From Acidimicrobiia bacterium (lineage in GTDB: Bacteria > Actinomycetota > Acidimicrobiia > Spongiisociales > Spongiisociaceae): a stretch of DNA of 64,000 nucleotides. Shown here piece after piece: positions 48,517 through 56,859 of this stretch. The stretch lies in the NCBI GenBank assembly GCA_965200835.1, contig OZ241390.1, forward strand, positions 2,563,286 to 2,627,285. Direction: 5' to 3'. The notes beneath the pieces were generated by a model that was given only the letters and a program-made list of their open reading frames with translations, was not told the origin of the DNA and searched no databases. The translations under genes were made by a program, and so were the position numbers. How positions within the stretch are numbered: position 1 is the first letter of the stretch; the number at the start of each line of letters is the position of its first letter.

Positions 48517-49451
48517 TTGAGCGACTTCCTGACCGTCTCGGTGCTGCTGGCCACCGTGGCCTCCGGAATCCGGCTGGCCACCCCCTTCCTGCTGGGGCTG
48601 CCCTGGGCGAGACGTTGGGACAGCGCAGCGGCGTCCTCAACCTGGGTGTGGAGGGAGTCATGCTGCTCGGGGCCTACGGCGCTTATTTCGCCACCCTGCG
48701 CACCGAGAGCGTCCCACTCGGGATCCTGGTCGGCCTGCTGATCGGCGGGCTAATGGGAATCGTCTACGGGGCGGTAACGCTGGCTCTCCAAGCCCAGCAG
48801 GGCATCAGCGGGATAGGTATTTTCATCTTCGGCCTCGGCCTCAGCGATCTGCTCTTCCAGAAACAGGTGGGGACGCCCACCCCGATCGATGGTCTGGCAG
48901 ATGTGGCTGTGCCCCTGCTGGGGGACCTTCCCTGGGTGGGTGAGGTCTTCTTCCACCACAATGTGTTGGTGTATACGGCCTTTCTCCTAGTACCGGTGAT
49001 GTGGTTCGTGATCAACCGGACTCCTTTCGGCCTGGCGGTGCGGGCGGTGGGGGAGACTCCCGAGGCGGCCGACAGCCTGGGAGTCAGCGTCGAGCGGACC
49101 CGTTACGTGAACATCTTCTTCGGCAACGCCCTAGCCGGGCTGGCCGGTGCTGCCCTAGCCTTGGAGCTCGGGATCTTCCAGCAGAACCTGACCGCTGGTC
49201 ACGGATTCATCGCCGTGGCGCTGGTCTATTTCGGAGCTTGGCGGCCGGTCGGCGTGATGGCAGGAGCGTTGGTATTCGGTCTGGTGTCGGCCACCGTCCT
49301 GCAGTGGAAGACCCTCGGCATCGTGGTAGGCACCACCGCCAGCATCGTGGGCATGTTCCCGGCGGTGCTGACGATCCTGGTGCTGGTGCTGGTCTCCCGC
49401 CGCACCGGGGCACCCTCTGCCCTCACCCGTCCCTTCGAGCGCGGGCACTGA
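48517..49451 (+). pseudogene. ABC permease (BMP/nucleoside-type, second) with a frameshift
   Basis: LSDFLTVSVLLATVASGIRLATPFLL (frame of 48517) continues as AALGETLGQRSGVLNLGVEG in the frame of ORF 48126..49451. The switch is at the GGGG run 48594-48597. Confidence 0.7.
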
Positions 49452-49453
49452 TC

Positions 49454-50989
49454 ATGGGTTCGACCACTCTTGCTCCTCCCTTGCTGGAGATGGAAGGGAT
49501 CACCAAGCGGTTCCCCGGGGTCATCGCTAACGACCAGGTCGACTTCGACGTAAGGGCCGGGGAGGTCCACACTCTGCTGGGCGAGAACGGGGCCGGCAAG
49601 AGCACCCTCATGAAGATCCTCTACGGCCTCTATCAGGCCGATGCCGGTGAGCTGCGGATCCGGGGTGAGCCGGTGACGATCAGCTCCCCTTCGGACGCTA
49701 TCGAACACGGGATCGGAATGATCCACCAGCACTTCATGCTGGTGCCGACCGTGACCGTGGCGGAGAACGTTGCGCTGGGGCTTCCGTCCGGGCGGCGCCT
49801 GGTGCAGGACCTCGGGCCGGTCCGCAAACGGATCCGGGAACTGTCCGGGATCTACGGTCTCCAGGTCGATCCCGACGCCTACATCTGGCAGCTGGCGGTT
49901 GGGGAACGCCAGCGGGTGGAGATCATGAAGGCCATCTACCGCGACGTGTCCCTGCTGGTCCTCGACGAGCCGACCTCGGTGCTGACCCCGGCCGAGGTAG
50001 AGGACCTGTTCATCACCCTGCGCCAGATGACCGATGGAGGCCGCGGTCTGGTGTTCATCTCCCACAAGCTGCCTGGGGTGATGACCCTTTCCGACCGGAT
50101 CACCGTGTTGCGGGGCGGTCGGGTGACCGGCCGGACGGTCCCGGCGGAAACCAGCCGCGAGCAGCTGGCCCACATGATGGTGGGCCGCGAGGTCCGGCTG
50201 GCGCCCCGCCGGACCGAATCGACCGTGGGTGGGCCTCGCATCACCATCCAGGATCTGGAGGTGCTGGGCGATCGGGGTACTCCGGCGATCAGCGGCCTGG
50301 ACCTGGAAGTGTGCAGCGGAGAGGTGCTAGGCGTGGCCGGGGTATCCGGCAACGGCCAGCGGGAGCTGGCGGAAGCCCTGGCCGGCCTCCGCCCGGTCGC
50401 CTCGGGCAAGGTCGTGATGAACGGGGTGGAGGCCACCGGCAAGACCCCCAAGGCGATCCGCCGGCTGGGCGTTTCCTACATCCCGGAGGAGCGGATGCGG
50501 GACGGCGCCATCGGTGAGTTCAGCGTGGCCGAGAACCTGATCCTGACCTACCATGACCTGCCTCCCACCAGCCGGCGCGGGTTCCTCGACTTCGGCCAGA
50601 TAGAGTCCGGATGCTCCGACCTGGTGGAGCGTTTCACCGTCAAGACCCCGTCGCTGGACACCCCCACTGCCAACCTGTCGGGCAGCAACATCCAGAAGCT
50701 CATAATCGCCCGCGAGCTGTCCGGAGATCCCGAGGTTTTGATCGCTTCCCAGCCCACCAGAGGGGTCGATATAGGTGCTGCCGAATACATTCATTCGGTG
50801 TTGATGGAGCGCCGGGCCACAGGAACCGCCATCCTCCTCATCTCGGAAGACCTGGACGAGGTGATGGCCTTGTCGGATCGGATCGCGGTGATGTTCGAAG
50901 GCCGGGTTATGGACACTCTCCCCCGCGACGAGGCAACCATCCACCGGCTCGGTCTCCTCATGGCCGGCGTCAGCGAAGATACAGGATAG
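49454..50989 (+). CDS. ABC transporter ATP-binding protein with duplicated NBDs
   Basis: ATG at 49454. Walker A GENGAGKST, then a second NBD GVSGNGQRE. LSGSNIQK signature. Confidence 0.85.
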   Translation: MGSTTLAPPLLEMEGITKRFPGVIANDQVDFDVRAGEVHTLLGENGAGKSTLMKILYGLYQADAGELRIRGEPVTISSPSDAIEHGIGMIHQHFMLVPTVTVAENVALGLPSGRRLVQDLGPVRKRIRELSGIYGLQVDPDAYIWQLAVGERQRVEIMKAIYRDVSLLVLDEPTSVLTPAEVEDLFITLRQMTDGGRGLVFISHKLPGVMTLSDRITVLRGGRVTGRTVPAETSREQLAHMMVGREVRLAPRRTESTVGGPRITIQDLEVLGDRGTPAISGLDLEVCSGEVLGVAGVSGNGQRELAEALAGLRPVASGKVVMNGVEATGKTPKAIRRLGVSYIPEERMRDGAIGEFSVAENLILTYHDLPPTSRRGFLDFGQIESGCSDLVERFTVKTPSLDTPTANLSGSNIQKLIIARELSGDPEVLIASQPTRGVDIGAAEYIHSVLMERRATGTAILLISEDLDEVMALSDRIAVMFEGRVMDTLPRDEATIHRLGLLMAGVSEDTG

Positions 50990-51005
50990 AGATCTAGGGG
51001 AAGCT

Positions 51006-53966
51006 GTGAGCCGCTTCAAACCTGGTGATCGAGTGCGGCGGATAGCTGGGGGCGACGACGGCATCATCATAGGTTCCCAACCAGGCCTCGGATACCCGGT
51101 GTTCTTTTCCTCCGGGTCCCAGTTTCTAAGCGAGTCCGCAGTTCGACTCCTACCACCCGAACCGGATGATGCGCTCCGCCAGGGGAAACTCAGCACGGCG
51201 GAACTCTATGGGCTTCGTATGCAGGCCCTGTATCTCCAGCATGCGTATCGCTATGACACCCTTGCCGGGCTCTCCAATGCTCGTATCGAGCCGACTCTTC
51301 ACCAAGTGATGACCGCCCTGCGTGTACTGTCCAAGAACCAGCCCCGTATGATTCTGGCTGATGAGGTCGGCTTGGGAAAGACTATCGAGTCCGGGCTTAT
51401 CCTGAAGGAGTTACGGGCTCGCCGGGTAGTCGATAGAGCCCTGATAGTCGTTCCTGCTTCCCTCCAATGGCAATGGAAGCAGGAGCTCCGTTCCAAGTTC
51501 AACGAGCACTTCGAGGTACTCGATGGGGACCGCCTGAAGTAGCTTGCCAAAGGAGGCAGCAACCCCTGGTCCCGCTACAGCAGCGTCATCTGCTCTCTCA
51601 ACCTCGCTCGTGTCGAGCGCCATGCTGAACAGATCGTCGAAGCCGGATGGGACCTGGTGGTATTCGATGAGGCTCACCGTGTTCGACGTACCAAGGCATC
51701 CACCACCTTGGGTTACCGGCTGGCTAACCGGCTCAAGGACCAGGTCGATGGGATGCTGCTGCTCACGGCTACCCCCATGCAGTTACATCCATACGAGCTG
51801 TACTCACTGATCGAGCTGGTCGAACCTGGAGTCTGCGGTTCTTTCGCCGAATACGAACGGAGACGCCGCGAGCTGCCTGATCTCGTCCAGAAGGCGAAAG
51901 ACTTGGAACAGTGGGACTTGCTGACCTCCAAGCAACGCGATTCCCTGAGTCACTCCTTCCGCAGACGTGATGTAGATCTGAAGACCAAGAGTGGCCGTGC
52001 GGCTGCCCTGGCCATTCTCGAACGGCGACATCCGTTCGCCCTCACGATGATCAGGAACCGCAAGGCCGACATCGGGGGTTTCACCCAACGGCGCCCGGTG
52101 ACCGTTTCGGTCCAGCTGGAGCCGGATGAGATCCAGCTATATAAGGACGTGAGTCGTTACCTCCGTGAACAATACAATCATGCCCAAGAAACTCAGCAGA
52201 AGGCCGTCGGGTTCTTGATGGTGACCTATCAGAAGATGTTGGCGTCGAGCTCTCATGCCGTTAGGACTGCTCTGCAAAGGCGGATGGCGAAGCTGACCGG
52301 CAGGACGGAACCATCGGAAGACGATGCCACGTCGCCCGCTGTGCAGGGCCCCTGGCGCGATCCGCGAGAACTCAGCAAGGCCATCGAAGGAAGTGACCAC
52401 GTTCCTGTGGCCTCCTATCCACGTCCTCTCGATCACGAGTTGAGTAGGTTGGCCAACCTGGTCGCACGGTTGGGTCGAGTACGTGATTCCAAGGCCAGGT
52501 ATCTACTCGATACGCTCCGAGATTCGATAGGTGATAAGAAGGTCATCATCTTCACCCAGTTCATCGAAACCCAGATGTTCTTGAAGAATACGCTTGAGTA
52601 CCATGGCTACTCTGTAGAGATCTTCAATGGCACGATGAAACACCAGGGCAAGGACAGCGCAGTCAGACGGTTTAGGACCATGTCGGACATCCTGATATCG
52701 ACGGAGGCAGGAGGGGAAGGACGCAATTTTCAGTTCGCCAACGTGATGATCAACTACGACCTTCCCTGGAATCCGATGAAGGTCGAGCAGCGGATCGGTC
52801 GATTGGATCGGATCGGACAGCAACAAGATGTGTACATCTACAACTTCTTCTGTACTGGAACGATTGAAGAGCGGATTATCGATGTGCTCGACAGGCGGAT
52901 CCAGCTTTTCGAGGAATCAGTAGGCTCCCTCGATCCAATTCTCGGCGCCATCGAAGAGGAGGTTACCAGCCTCATATTCGGATCAGGTCACTCGACTGAT
53001 GAGATTGAGAAGGATATCGAACAGCGTGTAAAGAGCGCCCGGCTGCTCGAAGCCAAGACTAAACAACTGACGTTAGATCTCACTATCTTCCAACCAAATG
53101 AGGCTAATAGGGTAGTGGCAGAACGATCAAAGACTGGCCCGTCGAATCTACAGAGGTATGTAGCGGAGGTGTTGGAGTCCTATGGCGGTCGGCTAACGGA
53201 GCATCCAGAAGGTGGGTTCGCTATCCTTCTCTCCCAGGACTTGCAGAGCCTGTTGGGTGCTGAGGCAGGATCCTGTCGTGGTGTCTTCGACTATAGGGAA
53301 GCACTGGAATATGAGGAGCTGGACTTCTTCGCCTTTGGCCATGACTTGATCGATGGGATAGTGGAACTACCACTGAAACAGGATGCTCCATCTGCCTGCC
53401 ATCGGAGGATCAGAGGTCATCGAGGGGGACCGGTCGTTGAGTTGTTCTACATGATCGAGGCCAAAGGTCCCATCCGGCTCGGCAGGTTCATCCAGCATCT
53501 AGTCGATAAACGTGGGACAGTGAGAGAGAAGCTGGTGTCCTCGATGCCCGAGCTCGGTCCAGAGGTCGTGGAATCGAAGATGGACTCTGACTGGATCGAT
53601 GAAGCATTGGCGATCAGCCGGCGCAAGCTCTCATCGACGCGTAACGTGTTGGAGGCGGAGGCAAGGAAGCTCCACCTCAAGTGGAGTGATGAGGAGCTTG
53701 ATCGAACTGAACGTATCTATAGGTACCGAAGGCGTTATCTTGAGCGGCGTATTGAAGCTGATGAGCAGCTGGTACAGAAGTTGGAAACTTCGGATGCCCC
53801 TGGAGACCTGAGGGTGCTGCCAGCGATACGTGGGCGTGTGGCAAAGAACACTGGACGTCTGTCTACCCTCGACAGAGGCCATGAGATGGCAAAGGAAGTA
53901 ATAAGGGGGCGAAGATCTGACATATCTGTCAGGATGGTGGCGGCCGCATTGGTGGTGGGCAATTGA
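51006..53966 (+). CDS. RapA/HepA-like SWI2/SNF2 ATPase, single reading frame interrupted by one in-frame TAG (51540-51542)
   Basis: GTG start. N-terminal SH3/Tudor-like FKPGDRV. LADEVGLGKT, VVFDEAH, LLLTATPMQ and QRIGRLDRIGQ motifs. Track ORFs 51006..51542 and 51657..53966 are in the same frame. Confidence 0.8.
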
Positions 53967-55258
53967 GGGCGGATGTTGCCTATGGAATCGACTATGGAAC
54001 TACCAACAGTTCTATCTCCTTAGCATATCGCGATCATGTGGAAGTACTATCGACCGGCGGTTATCGGACTTCGTCGGCAGCCTTCCCCTCATTGGTCTAC
54101 CTTCACAGGAACGGGCTGAGGCTAGCTGGTCGCCAGGCGGCAGAGAGTTTCTCTATCACCGGCAATCAACAGACCCGATGTAACAGCTGTGAGCTAGTAG
54201 TTGGCTGTGAGCAGTTCAGCCGGGGAGGAGGCTGTCTCGACTCCCGGTTGATGGGTGAGATCAAGAGCACGCTCACAGATAGAGAGTTCCAGCATACCCA
54301 CTCATGGGGGACCGACTTTCAACTGGAGGATCTGGTTGCAGTCATCATGTCCTACCTCAAACGGCTCGCCGATCGCCGGACCGGCCAGCATGTAACCCGG
54401 GCGGTCATCGGTTACCCGATTGCCTTCTTCGGGGCAACCGGCGAAGGGTCCCGAGCGAAGCAGTTGGTGGCCGAGGAGCGGGTCGAGGAGGCAGCCCGGA
54501 GGTCAGGATTCACAGAAGTAGAACTCTATCCGGAGCCTGCTGCCGTAGTACTGGATGAGGTGCTGGACGATGCGTATGTGGTGGCGGTTGACTTCGGTGG
54601 TGGAACATTCGATGTGGCTGTCACCTCGGTGTTCGGAGGAGAGGGGGAAGTATTGAGCCTGGCGGGAGCGGCTGTAGGGGGCGCCATTCTCGACCGGTTG
54701 ATCTTCGAGGAGAAAGTAGCGGAGTGCCTCGGATTGAATGAGCCCTTCGTTCCGGCTTGGTTCCGCAGTGGTTTGGCGAGTCTGGAGAGTTTCAAGTATA
54801 TAATGAACCACCGATATTCGTTTAGTATTCTCGACCTTAGTAAATGACTGCCAGCTCAGAGTGCTTTGCTACAGTCGATAATCACGGGTGGCCAAGCCTA
54901 TCGATTCTACAAAGCGATCGAGGACGCCAAGATCAGGTTGTCGACGGCTGAGCGAACCTCGATCGAGTTCCATCCCCCTCAGGGTGACCTATCGATAGAT
55001 CTGAGTCGAGCTGAGCTGGATCGGATGGTGGCGCCTCAGCTCGAGGTGGTCGAGCAGCAGATAGTGAAGGCGCTGGATGAGGCCGGTGTCATGCCTGAAG
55101 AGGTCACTGTCGTCTTGCGTACCGGTGGGTCGTCGCAACTCAGTGCTTTCGGCACGATGCTGGATCGGATGTTCGGGGTCGAAAAGGTACGGAAGCGGCC
55201 CCCTTTCACAACCGTCGCCTATGGTTTAGGGGTAGTGGCACAGAAGACCTGGTTATGA
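53963..55258 (+). CDS. Hsp70/actin-fold ATPase with nucleotide-binding domain only, interrupted by one in-frame TGA (54845-54847)
   Basis: AYGIDYGTTNS, VAVDFGGGTFDV and VLRTGGSSQL motifs. Cys-rich insert RCNSCELVVGCEQFSRGGGC. Track ORFs 53963..54847 and 54866..55258 share one frame. The start overlaps the SNF2 stop (TTGA). Confidence 0.75.
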
Positions 55259-56082
55259 CCGAGGACGATCCGAACCGAGAGCGGGACCGGCATTATGTCC
55301 CAACCCCTGAGGAGCTGGAAGCAGGTCTGGGGTCGGGACGTGGCAAGCGGCGACGTGGCGGGTCCAAGCGGGGCTTGGGTAGAAAGCAGACGCGGGCAAG
55401 ACGAGCTCGGGGACTGTTCCGACTACTTCGAGGGGTTGGCCGGAAGAGAACCGAGGCAGTCGCCCCTAGTCCGACTCAGCCCCGTCCCAGGTCGTCGCCC
55501 TCTGTCCCGCCCGAGGATCGGCTCGATGATCCTGGGAAGGGTCCTCCGCCGCCGACTGCGCCGGTAAGGAAGCAGGTACCTCCCTCCGAGGTTCCCCGAG
55601 CGAGATCGAAGCGTGTGGTGAAGGGAGTCGATGGTGGTGGACCGCCTTCGACCACCACCTCCCGGCAGCGTGTTCGCCAGGTCCATAGTCCCGAGCCTAA
55701 GCCTCCTTCGGTAGGGACACCAGCAAGGCGGGCCGGCGAGCCTGCTGATCGTGGCGGGCGGTCCTTATCCGCTGCCTCCGGGCAGCGTGTAAGGCGAGTC
55801 CGCCTTCCCGAACGCAAACCTCCGCCAGTAAAGAAACCTCATGGACCCGTTCCAAAGGACAAACTGAAGAAGCTCGCCGAACTCGGACATAGCGTCGGTC
55901 AGTTCGAAGAGATACGCACACATACGCTTCAGGAGAATCGGTATCAAGCCAAGTGTCGAGTCTGCGGTTTGAAGGCGATCGCTCGGCATGCCGCCCCCGA
56001 TGGATGGGCCCTTCAAGATGCGGGTAACTGGGATCTCCAAGGTAAGGCTTCCGAGACCTCATGCTCAACCGATGGTCGTTGA
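55255..56082 (+). CDS. Highly basic, Pro-rich hypothetical protein with internal repeat and C-terminal CxxC module
   Basis: ATGA overlap with the Hsp70-like gene. 275 aa rich in R, K and P. QRVRxV..PE.KPP.V motif occurs twice. C-terminal KCRVCG. Confidence 0.55.
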   Translation: MTEDDPNRERDRHYVPTPEELEAGLGSGRGKRRRGGSKRGLGRKQTRARRARGLFRLLRGVGRKRTEAVAPSPTQPRPRSSPSVPPEDRLDDPGKGPPPPTAPVRKQVPPSEVPRARSKRVVKGVDGGGPPSTTTSRQRVRQVHSPEPKPPSVGTPARRAGEPADRGGRSLSAASGQRVRRVRLPERKPPPVKKPHGPVPKDKLKKLAELGHSVGQFEEIRTHTLQENRYQAKCRVCGLKAIARHAAPDGWALQDAGNWDLQGKASETSCSTDGR

Positions 56083-56132
56083 GGACCACCGGGATCGATC
56101 ACCTCTCAGGTCCGATCTCCCAAGGGCACTAG

Positions 56133-56189
56133 CACTCCGGGGTTGAGGACTCCTTTGGGGGTCGAGATGGGCCTTGGCTCTGGCGAGGA
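56133..56189. repeat. Copy A of a ~57-bp direct repeat (degenerate duplicate of the 3' end of the FAD-linked oxidase gene)
   Basis: CACTCCGGGGTTGAGGACTCCTTTGGGGGTCGAGATGGGCCTTGGCTCTGGCGAGGA differs from 59950-60005 by 2 substitutions and 1 extra G. Confidence 0.85.
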
Positions 56190-56192
56190 GTG

Positions 56193-56850
56193 ACTCGCGA
56201 GGTGACCAGATCAGGTGCTACCACCACTTCTGGGTTTCTGGTGATAGCGACCTCTCTGGGGTGGCAACACCCTGGATGCCGGTTTGGCGCATGAGGCGGG
56301 CTACCTGTTTGCGACCCATACATGTACCGTTGAAGCCAGTTCCGCATGAACATGGGGAGCACCATAAGTACCGCTCGACATACGATGAATGTCGACGAGG
56401 AGACACCCATGCACCACCCCGGAACCTCGGCCTCGTTTGCCTTCACGAACCCACGCCGCCTGGGTGTCGATCGAGTCTCCGCACGCGAACCCGGCCGCCG
56501 CCTCAGCCCAGAATCTCTTTCTCCTCCCGAATCCGGCACTCCTCCCTAGGCGTAGCTCCTGACGCTCAGACGTAGTCAGCCCCTCCACCGTCCGGCATTC
56601 ACATCAGCTTGGTTCGCTCAACTTGCGGACGGTCTCATCCGACGGCTTGAACTCCCGGCTCAACTCGCCCGTACTACGACCCCTACGACCCGTCCGCACC
56701 AGACGACCGTCGCAGCCCGGAACTCGTACACGGTACGGCCTGTCGATCTCGACACACTTCTGACACTCCTCTGTAGGAACAATGGTCCCAAGCCTTAGAA
56801 GTGTCCACCAAACCGGGTCAACCTCAGAGAAACCCTCCGTTAACACTCGA
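56193..56850 (-). mobile_element. IS3-family transposase remnant (multiply frameshifted, integrase core missing)
   Basis: Fragments spread over three frames: ELSREFKPSDETVRK (HTH), GLTTSERQELR (zipper), SGTYGAPHVHAEL, GRKQVARLMRQTGIQG and APDLVTSR. No rve domain follows. Confidence 0.6.
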
Positions 56851-56859
56851 TCCCAAAGG

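Noticed and set aside
46307-51542. TAG reassignment or pyrrolysine decoding to explain the two in-frame TAG codons
   Set aside because: TAG is the ordinary terminator of many well-delimited genes in this window (for example those ending at 3922, 6629, 23298, 24541, 27844, 37001, 37947, 44414 and 47236). In-frame TGA and TAA also occur, and no pyl genes are seen.
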